The position numbers were made by a program, and so were the translations under genes. A model generated the notes under the pieces. That model worked only from the letters and a program-made list of their open reading frames with translations, had not been told where the DNA came from and searched no databases. Positions 10,181 through 19,779 of a stretch of DNA of 64,000 nucleotides are shown piece by piece (position 1 is the first letter of the stretch; each line of letters begins with the position of its first letter). Source of the DNA: Planctomycetota bacterium (GTDB lineage: Bacteria; Planctomycetota; UBA1135; UBA2386); NCBI GenBank assembly GCA_965228735.1, contig OZ245838.1, positions 160,001 through 224,000 of the forward strand. The letters run 5' to 3'.

Positions 10181-10208
10181 GATACCAAATGATACCACTT
10201 ATCGGTAT
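10181..10208 (-). promoter_or_regulatory. Putative parDE promoter/operator
   Basis: GATACCA direct repeats (10181-10187, 10191-10197) plus inverted GGTAT (10204-10208); minus strand reads TGG-TATCAT, an extended -10-like element. Confidence 0.55.
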
Positions 10209-10294
10209 GTGGGGCCAGTCGCCTCAGGCCCTGCTGGCGGTCGCAGGCGCCTGCGCATGGAACCGACTGCCGGGGGCACGAACGGTGTCAGCCG

Positions 10295-10392
10295 TCAGTC
10301 GTCGCCGTCCGGCGCGGAATCGAGCAACCGCTTCAGCCGGCCCTCGTCATGGTCGACCGCGATCGTCTTGGTCTGCGACGGCACTACCGCGC
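10295..10392. repeat. Direct-repeat copy 2 (current 3' end of the NFACT gene)
   Basis: About 92% identical to 9487-9583 by manual alignment. Confidence 0.9.
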
Positions 10393-11815
10393 CGGCCGGC
10401 AGGCCCTTCGGCTTCTTCACGAACTTCTTCAAGCAGTAGACGACGTCGATGCGGCGCTGGCCGCGCGCCTTGCTGAAGTGCACGGCCAGCGTCGCGGCGT
10501 CGAGCAGCGACTCGAGGCTCGCGGTCTTCTGTTTGGGCAGGCGAACGACGACGTGCGAGCCCGGGCGGCCGCCGCCGACGTGCAGCCACAGGTCGTTGCC
10601 GTTGGCGACGCGCATCGTGAGCCGGTCGTTCTGCTGGTTGTTGCGGCCGACGAGGATCTGGTAGCCCTCGGCCGAGACGAAGCGGCGGAAGTTCTCGCCG
10701 GGCGGCGTGCTCGGCTTCTTCTTGTCCTTGCCGCCGGGTTTCGGTTGCTTGCTGCGCGGCAACGCGCCGAGTTCGCCGAGCTTCGTGCGTGCCGCATCGA
10801 GCCGCTCGCCGCTGCCCTCCGCGCCGGGCTCGACGGTTTGCAGATCGGCGAGGATCGCGGTGAGGTCCTGCACCTGTGAACCGGCTTCGGCGTGCCGACC
10901 GACGGTGATCGCGCGGCCGTCCTCGAGGCGGCGCGCCTTGTCGTAGAGCGCTTCGGCCTGCGCGTGCACCGGCTTCTTCGGGTCGAGCTCCAGCGTCAGC
11001 GGTTCGCCGGTCTCCGGGTGCGCGACTTCCATTGCCGATGCCCCGCGCTTGACCGAATGGGCGTAGGCCAGCATCAGATCCGCGCGCTGGCGCAGGCTCG
11101 CGGTGTCATCCGCGGCGGCGAGCTGCTTGCCGAGACCCGCGACCTTGGCGCTGGCCTTCTTGAGCGCCCGTTCGGCCGCGCGCAGCAGCTGCTCGTGCTC
11201 GTCGCCGCTGGCGGCGAGGCCGTCCGCCGCCGTGAAGTGCGCGTCGATCGCCGCGAGCACGGGAGCGTCGAAACGCGGTGGTTCCTCCGGCTGCTTGCCG
11301 TCCGCGCGCGCGGGCGGCGTCGTGTAGCGATCGCCGATCCGCAGCGTGCGAACCGCGGTCTCGACCGGCCGCGACAGCGCGACGGCCTTGCCGTCGTCGT
11401 CGAGCAGCGCCCACAGGCCGCGCGCCGAGAACAGTTCGACGACGAGCCGCCGCTCCGCAAACTCGTTCGGGGCCGCGAAGCGGAGCTCGGCGCGCCGTTC
11501 TCCCGCCTTGTGTTCGACGGCGAGCAGCCTGGTGTTCAGGAGCCCCTGCTGCAGCCGGTCGCTGGCGGGGCCCTTGCCGTAGTCCTCACGGCGAAAGCGG
11601 CGCGCCGTCGTGCAGATGCGCGCGCGACTGCTGCCGAGTGCTACGTGCAGGAAGTGCTTGCGCCCTTGCTCGCGCTGCAGCACGAGCAGCAGGTCGTGGT
11701 CCGCCGGCTTGCTCACGACGGTCTGCACGTCGAGCACCGTCGCCGAGCAGAGCGCCTGCAGTTCGTCGACGGCCGCGGCGAGCTCCGTCGCCGTGAGTCC
11801 GCGGCCGGCGGTCAT
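10295..11815 (-). CDS. NFACT family protein (RqcH/Rqc2/FbpA-like ribosome quality-control factor)
   Basis: N-terminal NFACT-N-like region (ERRAELRF...LVVELFS), coiled coil, NFACT-R domain GRNNQQNDRLT...DLWLHV..RPGSHVV; ATG 11815. Confidence 0.85.
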   Translation of the reverse strand: MTAGRGLTATELAAAVDELQALCSATVLDVQTVVSKPADHDLLLVLQREQGRKHFLHVALGSSRARICTTARRFRREDYGKGPASDRLQQGLLNTRLLAVEHKAGERRAELRFAAPNEFAERRLVVELFSARGLWALLDDDGKAVALSRPVETAVRTLRIGDRYTTPPARADGKQPEEPPRFDAPVLAAIDAHFTAADGLAASGDEHEQLLRAAERALKKASAKVAGLGKQLAAADDTASLRQRADLMLAYAHSVKRGASAMEVAHPETGEPLTLELDPKKPVHAQAEALYDKARRLEDGRAITVGRHAEAGSQVQDLTAILADLQTVEPGAEGSGERLDAARTKLGELGALPRSKQPKPGGKDKKKPSTPPGENFRRFVSAEGYQILVGRNNQQNDRLTMRVANGNDLWLHVGGGRPGSHVVVRLPKQKTASLESLLDAATLAVHFSKARGQRRIDVVYCLKKFVKKPKGLPAGAVVPSQTKTIAVDHDEGRLKRLLDSAPDGDD

Positions 11816-11822
11816 CCTCGAC

Positions 11823-12293
11823 TCAGCCCTTCTTGAGCTCTTCGACCGGGTCGTAGGTCCAGTCGTAGGCCGCGAGCTCGTAGTCGACGATGCCTTCCGG
11901 GAAGAACAGGCCGAGCTCGCGCTCCGCGGCTTCCGGGCTGTCGCTCCCGTGCACGAGGTTGTAGCTGCGGCTGCTGCCGAAGTCGCCGCGGATCGTGCCC
12001 GCATCGGCGTCGGCGCCGAACGTCGCGCCCATGAGCTTGCGGCAGATCGCGATCGCGCCGATGCCCTCGATCGCGAGCGCGACGACGGGCGAGCTCGTCA
12101 TGAAGCGGACGAGACCCGGGTAGAACGGGCGTTCCTTGTGGGCTTCGTAGTGCTTGGCGGCGAGGTCCTGGCTGATCTGCATCAGCTTCATCGCGCAGAT
12201 CTTGAGGCCCTTCTGCTCGAAGCGGGAGAGGATCTGGCCGACGAGTCCACGCTGGACGGCGTCGGGTTTCAGTAGAATCAGAGTGCGTTCCAT
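11823..12293 (-). CDS. ndk: Nucleoside diphosphate kinase
   Basis: MERTLILLKPDAVQRG...GTIRGDF...NLVHGSDS. Confidence 0.97.
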   Translation of the reverse strand: MERTLILLKPDAVQRGLVGQILSRFEQKGLKICAMKLMQISQDLAAKHYEAHKERPFYPGLVRFMTSSPVVALAIEGIGAIAICRKLMGATFGADADAGTIRGDFGSSRSYNLVHGSDSPEAAERELGLFFPEGIVDYELAAYDWTYDPVEELKKG

Positions 12294-12332
12294 GGCGTAT
12301 TCCGGGGTCAAACGGGCGAAGATGATACCAAC

Positions 12333-12999
12333 CATGGGCGTCGGTCCTTCACGCAATCTGGGCTCCGGCGGCGGCTCGAGCGCTTGTGCGCGGGTCCGTC
12401 TGACGGCGGGTGCGCTGGTGGCCCTGACCCTGCTCTCGGCCTGCGTTCTCGAGCGCGAGACCACGTTGTCGCGGGCGGCTCGGCAGCGCCGCGTCCAGGC
12501 GTTGCGCGCCGAGCGCGACCGCCAGCAGCGCGAGGTCGACATCCTGACGATGCGCGAGGCCGAGCTCCTCACCGAGATCGACGCCGTGCGCCAGCGGAAC
12601 GTGCTCACCGAGGCCCGCCTGCGCGCGATCCGGGCGGATCTCGAGCACGACCTCGGCCGCCTCGTGATCGCCGAAGACGACCTCGAGGCCGCGAAGAAGC
12701 GCGCGGCGGACATCGAGAAGGAGCTCGTTCCGCTGCGTCGGCTCGAGCAGACGATCAAGGAGCGCGAAGGTCTGATCGCCGCGGCCAAGAAGCGGGCCGA
12801 GCTGCTGCAGGCGGAGCTCACGACGGCCGAGGCCGCGACGAAGAAGCTCCAGGCCGAGCTGCAGCCGAAGATCGACGCGCTGCAGAAGGAGCTCGCGCAG
12901 GCGCAGGCCGTCGACAAGGCGATCAACGACGCGCGCGCCGCGATGAAGGAAGGCGCGAAGCTGATCGCGCCGAAGCCGAAGGAACCGAAGAAGGAGTAG
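12333..12999 (+). CDS. Coiled-coil hypothetical protein, possible lipoprotein
   Basis: LLSAC lipobox-like motif after a hydrophobic stretch, long heptad-rich E/K/A helix; start uncertain. Confidence 0.65.
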
Positions 13000-13026
13000 G
13001 GGGGCTCGGCCGGCGAGCGCGATTGC

Positions 13027-14454
13027 TCAGCCGTTCGCCGGCAGGTCCGGCCACTCGTGGTGGAAGAACTCGCCTTCGGGCTTGTCGGTCCGTTCGAACG
13101 TGTGGGCGCCGAACAGATCGCGCTGCGCCTGGGTGAGGCTCTGCGGCAGGCGCGCGCGGCGGAACGAGTCGAAGTAGCCGAGGCTGCCGGTCATCGCGAG
13201 CATCGGAATGCCGTTAGCCGTGCCGAGGCCGACGACGCGGCGCCAGTTGCCCTGGTGCTGTTGCAGGAAGCCGCCGAGTTCGGGGTCGAGCAGCAGGTTC
13301 GGCAGCGAACCCTCCTTGCCGTAGGCCGCTTGGATGCTCTTCAGGAAGCGCGCGCGGATGATGCAGCCGCCCTTCCAGATGCGCGCGACCTCGCTGAAAT
13401 CGAGCCCCCAGTTCTTCTCCGCGTCCGCTGCCGCGAGCAGGTCGAGGCCCTGGGCGTAGGAGCAGATCTTGCTGCAGTAAAGCGCGTCGCGGATCGCGTC
13501 GAGCAGACCAGCTTCGGTGACGGTCTCGCGGTCGGGGCCGCGGAGCACCTCGCTCGCACGCACGCGCTCGGCCTTCTGCGACGACAGGATGCGGGCCTCG
13601 ACGGCGGCCTGCATCGTGGGCACGGGAATCCCGTGGCGCAGCGCGATCTCGGCCGTCCACTTGCCCGTGCCCTTCTGACCCGCCTTGTCGAGGATGACCT
13701 CGACCATCGGCTTGCCGGTCTCCGGATCCGTCGCGTGCAGGATCTGCGCGGTGATCTCGATGAGGAACGATTCGAGGAAGCCGTCGTTCCACTCCTGGAA
13801 CGTCTGTGCCATCTGCGCGTGCGACATCCCGAGCACGTTCTGCATCAGGTCGAAGCACTCAGCGATGAGCTGCATGTCGCCGTACTCGATGCCGTTGTGG
13901 ACCATCTTGACGAAGTGGCCGGCCGCGCCCGTGCCGACGTGCGTGACGCACGGGCCGTCCTCGACCTGCGCCGCGATCTTGGTCAGGATCGGCGCGAGCT
14001 CGTCGTAGGCGTCGCGGCTGCCGCCCGGCATCAGGCTCGGGCCGTTGAGCGCGCCCTCCTCGCCGCCGGAGACGCCCATGCCGACGAAGCGGAAGCCCTG
14101 CTCCGCGAGCTCGCGCGAGCGCCGTTCGGTCTCGTCGGGATGCGAGTTGCCCGCGTCGATGATCAGGTCGCCCTCGTCGAGGAACGGCAGGAAAGTGGCG
14201 ATCGTGTCGTCGACGGGTTGGCCCGCCTTGACGAGCAGCAGCAGGCGCCGCGGCCGTTCGAGCGAGTCCGCGACCTCCTGCGGGGTCTTGCACCCGATCA
14301 TCGGGTAGCCGTCCTCGGCGCGCTCGAGCGTGGCCTCGGTCTTGCCGTACGACCGGTTGTAGACCGTGATCGGGAAGCCGTTGCGCGCGATGTTGAGGGC
14401 CAGGTTCTGGCCCATCACGGCCAGGCCGACGACGGCGATCTGCGACTGAGTCAT
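13027..14454 (-). CDS. gnd: 6-phosphogluconate dehydrogenase (NADP-dependent, decarboxylating)
   Basis: GLAVMGQNLALN, YNRS, KMVHNGIEYGDMQ, AQRDLFGAHTF. Confidence 0.97.
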   Translation of the reverse strand: MTQSQIAVVGLAVMGQNLALNIARNGFPITVYNRSYGKTEATLERAEDGYPMIGCKTPQEVADSLERPRRLLLLVKAGQPVDDTIATFLPFLDEGDLIIDAGNSHPDETERRSRELAEQGFRFVGMGVSGGEEGALNGPSLMPGGSRDAYDELAPILTKIAAQVEDGPCVTHVGTGAAGHFVKMVHNGIEYGDMQLIAECFDLMQNVLGMSHAQMAQTFQEWNDGFLESFLIEITAQILHATDPETGKPMVEVILDKAGQKGTGKWTAEIALRHGIPVPTMQAAVEARILSSQKAERVRASEVLRGPDRETVTEAGLLDAIRDALYCSKICSYAQGLDLLAAADAEKNWGLDFSEVARIWKGGCIIRARFLKSIQAAYGKEGSLPNLLLDPELGGFLQQHQGNWRRVVGLGTANGIPMLAMTGSLGYFDSFRRARLPQSLTQAQRDLFGAHTFERTDKPEGEFFHHEWPDLPANG

Positions 14455-14546
14455 CGCCCGCAGGATATCGGGCAGCGCTGGTGATTCCCGCGCTCGTTTC
14501 GCCTGCAAACGACCGTGCGAGCAGATGCCGCGCCAGCGACCCGGCG

Positions 14547-15818
14547 TCAGCGACCCGGCGTTTCGGCCGGCTTCTGGTTGGCCTGCAGCTCGGCGTGCCA
14601 CGCCGCCCAGTCCGTCGCCTTGGCCGGCGGCCTGGATCCCGCGAGGTCCTTCAGCGCGCGACGGTAGGCGCGGGTGATCACCCGTTCTTCGAACACGCCG
14701 GCGACGCGCACGTCGAGCACCGCGCCGCTCTGCAGCACGTCGACCTTGGGGTCGGCGATGAACGCGGCCTGCGCGACCTCGACGTCGAAGTCGCGGATGT
14801 AGGCCTGCTGCTGCAGGATCGCGACGTGGCCGCGCGTGCCGCCCTGGGCGTTCGCGTTGACCGCGAGGCCGGCACCGGCGCTCGGGCCGGCGAGCACGAG
14901 CTGCTGGATCGCCGACGGGTGACCGAGCTCGGCCAGTGCCTCCGCGGTGCGGATGCGGACCTTCGGGATCTTGTGCACGAGGCCGCCCGCGAGGTAGTGG
15001 ACGGAGTCCTTCGTGGCCTGACCGTGCTCGCGCGCGATCCGGGCCGCCGCCTCGCGCACGTCGTCGTCACCGTCGAGGATCGCCGTGCGCAGCACGAAGC
15101 GATACTGGTTCTGCTGCTGGCCGCGGGCCTGCTCGTTCTTGGCGCGCAGGGCGAGCGCTTCGAGCGCGGCGATGCGGCGGTACGGCAGCGAGTTGCGGCG
15201 CGCTTCCTTGCGCAACGCGGCGTCGGCGCCCTGCTCCCGCGCGAGGATCTCGCGGATCGCGAGCGTGCGCGCCCGCTTGTTGTTGAGCTTGACCTGCTGG
15301 ATCAGCTTCTTGACGCGAATCGCGGTGTTGGCCGAACGCCACTGCAGCGGCAGGATCTCGGGCTCGAGGCGCGCGAGGAACTCCTGCATGCGCCGGCCGA
15401 GCGCCGCGCTGGCCTCGCCCTGTTCTTCGAGCTTGTGCTGTTTCTTGACCGCCGTCTCGAGGAAGCGCCACATCTCGGGCGACAGGCCGTAGTCGTAGGC
15501 GTCGATCGCGAGCTGCAGGTAGGCGAACGGCGTGTTGCCGGCGTTCTGCTTCGTGGTCTCGAGCCGCTGGCGCAGCTCCGCATCGGTCGTGTGGTTCGCG
15601 ACCTTGGCCGCGGGCACGACGACGAGGCCGTCGCGCGTGTGCACTTCGAAGACCTTCTCGTCCTCCTTGTGCACCACCTTGCCGACGAGCACCCGCCCGT
15701 CGTCGAGGCGGAGTTCGTCCGCGGCTACGGGCCCCGCGACGGTGAGCGTCAGCGCGCCGAGGACGGCGGCGCGCAGGGTCGGGCGCAGAACGGTCGTGAT
15801 CCGGATGTTCATCGTCAT
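14547..15818 (-). CDS. Exported HEAT-repeat protein with a C-terminal secretin-like beta segment
   Basis: Signal peptide, DELRLDDGRVLVG N-terminal motif, HEAT-like VREAAAR/VRIRTAEALAELG, C-terminal YIRDFDVEVAQAAFIADP. Confidence 0.65.
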   Translation of the reverse strand: MTMNIRITTVLRPTLRAAVLGALTLTVAGPVAADELRLDDGRVLVGKVVHKEDEKVFEVHTRDGLVVVPAAKVANHTTDAELRQRLETTKQNAGNTPFAYLQLAIDAYDYGLSPEMWRFLETAVKKQHKLEEQGEASAALGRRMQEFLARLEPEILPLQWRSANTAIRVKKLIQQVKLNNKRARTLAIREILAREQGADAALRKEARRNSLPYRRIAALEALALRAKNEQARGQQQNQYRFVLRTAILDGDDDVREAAARIAREHGQATKDSVHYLAGGLVHKIPKVRIRTAEALAELGHPSAIQQLVLAGPSAGAGLAVNANAQGGTRGHVAILQQQAYIRDFDVEVAQAAFIADPKVDVLQSGAVLDVRVAGVFEERVITRAYRRALKDLAGSRPPAKATDWAAWHAELQANQKPAETPGR

Positions 15819-15907
15819 CTGCCTGTAGGGTCTCTGCCTGGGAACGGTAGCTGTGGGCTGCTCGGATCCGGGTGCCGGAGGGGACGGCTCCCTGGTAGCA
15901 TGAGACC

Positions 15908-16843
15908 ATGTTCAGCACGAACCGTGCCATGGGCGCCCAGGCGATCTGCCTCACCGTTCTGCTGCTGTCGTCCGCCGCCCCGGGGCAGGGCGAAGCCGAT
16001 CAGAAGTCGCCACAAGACGTTGCCATCGAACGGATTGTGTCCCAAGTGCGGGCGGCCGAAGCAGCCCTGAACAGCGTCCAGATGGAGCTGTCGACGGTCG
16101 CAGTCTACCCCGCGGACCTGACGATGCGCACCGCGGGGACGCTCAGTGTCCTGCGAGGAGAACAGCCCCGGCTGCGGGCGACCGTCGAGATGCGCTACAG
16201 CAACGGGCTCGTCGGGCTCATGGATTCGGCGCAGACCGCCGGCGGCGTGGTGCTCTACAAGTCGGATCCCGCGCTCGGTGACGTCTACGTCCAGGTGCCG
16301 CCGGCGATCGTCGAGGACCTCCGGTGGGCGGGCACGGTGCTCGATCGCGCGGACCTGCCCGGCATGCGCGACGCGCGCGCCGAGGCGCCGCTCGGCAGCG
16401 CGATGCTCGACGGGCTGCGGCGCGAGTTCGAGCTCGCGATCGGCAAGCGCACGACGCGCGGCGACGACGAGGGCGTTTGGCTCGAAGGAGCGCGCCGGCC
16501 CGGTCTCGGCGACCTGCCCGACGGTCTGCCGCTCGCCGATCGCGTCGAGGCCTTCGTCCGCACGCGCGATCACGCGGTGCTCGAAGTGCGCGAGCTGCGC
16601 GGCGAGGACGTGATCCTCGGCATCGAGGTGAAGTCGCTCGTCGTCGACGGTGAGATCGCGCCCAAGGTATTCGAGGTCGACGGCCGCGGCGAGGCGCTGC
16701 GCGACGTCGAGGACTACCTGCCGCTGTGGACGCAGATCCAGGACGTGATCCGGCGCGCCGAGGCCAAGCTCACGCCCGACGAACAGCCCGAGAACGTGCC
16801 GCCGCCGCAGGAAGCCGTGCGCCCCAGCCGCCGGGTGAAGTAG
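15908..16843 (+). CDS. Exported hypothetical protein (possibly LolA-like beta fold)
   Basis: Signal peptide, alternating beta-strand pattern; coding-like codon usage; fold call is tentative. Confidence 0.55.
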   Translation: MFSTNRAMGAQAICLTVLLLSSAAPGQGEADQKSPQDVAIERIVSQVRAAEAALNSVQMELSTVAVYPADLTMRTAGTLSVLRGEQPRLRATVEMRYSNGLVGLMDSAQTAGGVVLYKSDPALGDVYVQVPPAIVEDLRWAGTVLDRADLPGMRDARAEAPLGSAMLDGLRREFELAIGKRTTRGDDEGVWLEGARRPGLGDLPDGLPLADRVEAFVRTRDHAVLEVRELRGEDVILGIEVKSLVVDGEIAPKVFEVDGRGEALRDVEDYLPLWTQIQDVIRRAEAKLTPDEQPENVPPPQEAVRPSRRVK

Positions 16844-16891
16844 CGGCGGGTGAAGTAGCGGCGGGTGAAGTAGCGGCGGGTGAAGTAGCGG
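16832..16891. repeat. Tandem repeat, 4 x CGGGTGAAGTAGCGG
   Basis: Four exact 15-nt units; the first contains the TAG stop of 15908..16843. Confidence 0.95.
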
Positions 16892-16918
16892 CGCTCGAGC
16901 GGCGGCTCGTCGCGCCCG

Positions 16919-18508
16919 CTAGCCGCCGAGGTCTTCCTCGGCCGGCGGGTGGTCGAACAGCTCGAGGCCCTTGTAGCGCGACTTCGCGTAGTCGATCTCG
17001 AAGTCCGAGCTGAACAGCGCGACGAAGCGGCCGGCTTCGTCCTTCACGACCATCGGCAGGATCTCGAGCACCTCGTCGGTGACGTTCGCGACCCAGCGGG
17101 CCCGGGTCCACGGCTTGCGATCGAGGCGCAGGCTCACATTGTATTCCGCTTCGAGCCGGGCCTCGAAGACCTGCAGCTGCAGCTCGCCGACCGCGCCGAG
17201 GATCGGCTCGCGGGCGCCGATGCGCGGCCAGAAGACCTGCACGACGCCTTCCTCGCCGAGCTGCGCAAGGCCCTTGCCGAAGCCCTTGCTCATCGACGGC
17301 TCGCGCGGTGCGACCTGGGCGAAGATCTCGGGCGCGAACCGCGGGAAGTTGCGGACCTCGAACGTCGGCCCCGAGCTCAGCACGTCGCCGACGCGGAACA
17401 TGCCGGGGTTGATGAGACCGATCACGTCGCCGGGCCACGCATCGTCGATCGACACGCGCTCTTGGCCGAAGAAGCGGTGCGGGTGCGACAGCCGAACGTC
17501 GCGACCGAGGCGCAGGTGCTTGGCCGCCATGCCGCGCTCGAAGTGACCCGACGTCACGCGCAGGAACGCGATGCGGTCGCGGTGCGCCTTGTCCATGTTG
17601 GCTGCGACCTTGTAGACGAAGCCGGAGAAGAACTTGCTGTTCGGCGCGATCTCGCCGTCGATCGTCGGCAACGGTGCCGGGCCCGGCGCGATCTCGAGGA
17701 AGCGCTGCAGGATGTTCTCGACGCCGAAGTTGACGAGCGCGCTGCAGAAGAACATCGGCGAGATCTCCTGCTTCAGGAACTTGTCGAGGTCGAACGGTTC
17801 GACGCACTCCTCGACCATCATCAGGTCCTCGAGCAGCTGGCCGTGCTGGCGCTCGCCGATCAGTTCCTTCAGCTGCGGGTCCTCGGGGCCCGTCGTCTGC
17901 ACCGCGGCCTTCGTCGCGTTGTGCGCGGTCTTCTCGAACAGGAAGATCTCGCGGTCGCGCAGCGAATAGACGCCGCGGAAGTCCTCGCCGCTGCCGATGG
18001 GCCAGGTCGCCGGCACGATCGTGATGCCGAGCGTCTTCTCGACCTCGTCCATGAGATCGAGCGGCGCGCGCGACGGCCGGTCCATCTTGTTCACGACGGT
18101 GACGATCGGGATGCCGCGATCGCGGCAGACCTTGAACAGCTTGATCGTCTGCGGCTCGACGCCCTTGGCGCCGTCGATGAGCATGAGCGCTGCGTCGGCC
18201 GCGACGAGCGTGCGGTAAGTGTCCTCGCTGAAGTCCTGGTGACCCGGCGTGTCGAGCAGGTTGACGCAGTGCCCGTCGTATTCGAACTGCAGCGCCGAGC
18301 TGCTGATCGAGATGCCGCGCTTCTTCTCGAGCTCCATCCAGTCGGACGTCGCCGCGTTGCCGCCCTTCTTGGCCTTGACCGATCCTGCTTCACGGATCGC
18401 GCCGCCGTACAGCAGCAGCTTCTCCGTCAGGGTGGTCTTGCCCGCGTCCGGGTGCGAGATGATCGCAAACGTGCGGCGGCGCTGGATCTCGTGGTCGAGG
18501 TCGGGCAT
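16919..18508 (-). CDS. prfC: Peptide chain release factor 3
   Basis: RRTFAIISHPDAGKTTLTEKLLL, DTPGHQDFSEDTYR, GAVGELQ. Confidence 0.97.
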   Translation of the reverse strand: MPDLDHEIQRRRTFAIISHPDAGKTTLTEKLLLYGGAIREAGSVKAKKGGNAATSDWMELEKKRGISISSSALQFEYDGHCVNLLDTPGHQDFSEDTYRTLVAADAALMLIDGAKGVEPQTIKLFKVCRDRGIPIVTVVNKMDRPSRAPLDLMDEVEKTLGITIVPATWPIGSGEDFRGVYSLRDREIFLFEKTAHNATKAAVQTTGPEDPQLKELIGERQHGQLLEDLMMVEECVEPFDLDKFLKQEISPMFFCSALVNFGVENILQRFLEIAPGPAPLPTIDGEIAPNSKFFSGFVYKVAANMDKAHRDRIAFLRVTSGHFERGMAAKHLRLGRDVRLSHPHRFFGQERVSIDDAWPGDVIGLINPGMFRVGDVLSSGPTFEVRNFPRFAPEIFAQVAPREPSMSKGFGKGLAQLGEEGVVQVFWPRIGAREPILGAVGELQLQVFEARLEAEYNVSLRLDRKPWTRARWVANVTDEVLEILPMVVKDEAGRFVALFSSDFEIDYAKSRYKGLELFDHPPAEEDLGG

Positions 18509-18609
18509 TCGGGGCGAGCACGATAGCGATCCCGCGCGGTGGATTCACCTATTGGTGCCGACGTTGCGTCGGCGCCAACCGTGCCGACTCGAACGGGGTG
18601 CGTGCCCAG

Positions 18610-19779
18610 TCAATGACCCGTCGGAGCCGCGGGGAACGGCAGTCGATCGAGCGGTGTCCGGCTCACGAACGGCACACAATCGAACGAGCGCGCCGCGGCG
18701 GTCGCGCGTTCGGCGTTGGTGGACTCGAGGCAGTAGTCGAGCGTGAACACCGGCATGCCGCGGCCGCGCATCGCCTGCAGGCGCCGACCGAGGGTCCTGG
18801 TCGACCAGTCGCCGCTCGCCGGGGCGGGCACGTCGCCAGCACCCGGGTCGTGCCACGGGACGTTGGCGGTGCCCCGGAACGACAGGTCTTCCTGCGCGAG
18901 TGCGTCGATCGTCGTGAGCAGCTCGGGCCGGCGTTCGGCGAGGGGCAGACCGTTCTGGGCGACGACCAGAAACAGTGGGTAACGCTCGCGCGCGTAGGAC
19001 CGGAGGTCGCGCAGCAGGCGGACCATCTCGACGGCCGGGTCGACGCCATCGCGCCGGGCGGCCGCTTCGACGTGCGGGTCGAGGAAGCCGAGGACCCAGT
19101 CGCAGTAGATGCCGTCGAAGCCATCCGTGAGGATCTGATCGAGCGGGGCGCCCGCGTGGCCGAACAGGCATGCGCGCCACTCGGGCCGCCAGTACGCGAC
19201 CGGGTAGTTGCCCTGCCAGCCGTCGGGGTCGGTCGCGAGCAGGAAAGCGGGGTCACCGGGTCGCATGCCTTGCGCACTGCCGTCGGTCGCTCGGCCGTCG
19301 GTCGCCGCGGGCGGCTGCCAGTCGGGTTGCCAGTAGCCGCGATAGTCCTCGGCCTGACCGACATTGAGATACGCGAGCACGCGCTTCTGCGGCAGCGTCG
19401 CGCCAGGGCTCTGCTGCGCGCGCTGCACGAGGTCCCGCATCGGGAAGTCGCCTGCCCCGCGTTGTGACCGCATCGGTTCGATGACGAGCATGTCGACTTC
19501 GCGGTGCGCGAACGTCGCGGGAGACGACACCGCGTCGATGCCCTGCAGCTGGATTGCCCAGTTCGACACCACCCCGAGTACGGGAACGTCCAACTCGGGA
19601 ATCTCCCGTACCTGTTCGGGAATCGTACACGCGGCAGCGAGCAATCCGCACCCGAGCACGGATCTGAGACGTCTCGATCTGGCGACGTATCGCCCGTCAA
19701 GCCAGCACGTTCGCGCAGTCGATGAGGCCGCGGGGTCCGCCCCGGCAAAGGTCGTTCGGTGAAGTTCGCGTTGAGGCAT
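18610..19779 (-). CDS. Endo-alpha-1,4-galactosaminidase-like glycoside hydrolase (GH114/GH166, MJ1477/TM1410 type; PelA hydrolase-like), possible lipoprotein
   Basis: WAIQLQ, LAYLNVGQAEDYRGYW, NYPVAYWRPEW, GFDGIYCD, QNG motifs; LAAAC lipobox-like motif; start uncertain. Confidence 0.82.
   Translation of the reverse strand: MPQRELHRTTFAGADPAASSTARTCWLDGRYVARSRRLRSVLGCGLLAAACTIPEQVREIPELDVPVLGVVSNWAIQLQGIDAVSSPATFAHREVDMLVIEPMRSQRGAGDFPMRDLVQRAQQSPGATLPQKRVLAYLNVGQAEDYRGYWQPDWQPPAATDGRATDGSAQGMRPGDPAFLLATDPDGWQGNYPVAYWRPEWRACLFGHAGAPLDQILTDGFDGIYCDWVLGFLDPHVEAAARRDGVDPAVEMVRLLRDLRSYARERYPLFLVVAQNGLPLAERRPELLTTIDALAQEDLSFRGTANVPWHDPGAGDVPAPASGDWSTRTLGRRLQAMRGRGMPVFTLDYCLESTNAERATAAARSFDCVPFVSRTPLDRLPFPAAPTGH

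Larger units (their letters stand above)
9584..10294. mobile_element. Small integrated islet or element remnant carrying parDE
   Basis: TA module between two copies of the NFACT 3' end; no integrase in the window. Confidence 0.65.

Noticed and set aside
9584..10294. Insertion sequence or integron cassette
   Set aside because: No transposase, terminal inverted repeats or recognisable attC; the flanks are long direct repeats of a host gene end
16832..16891. CRISPR array
   Set aside because: Contiguous 15-nt units without spacers, and no cas genes in the window
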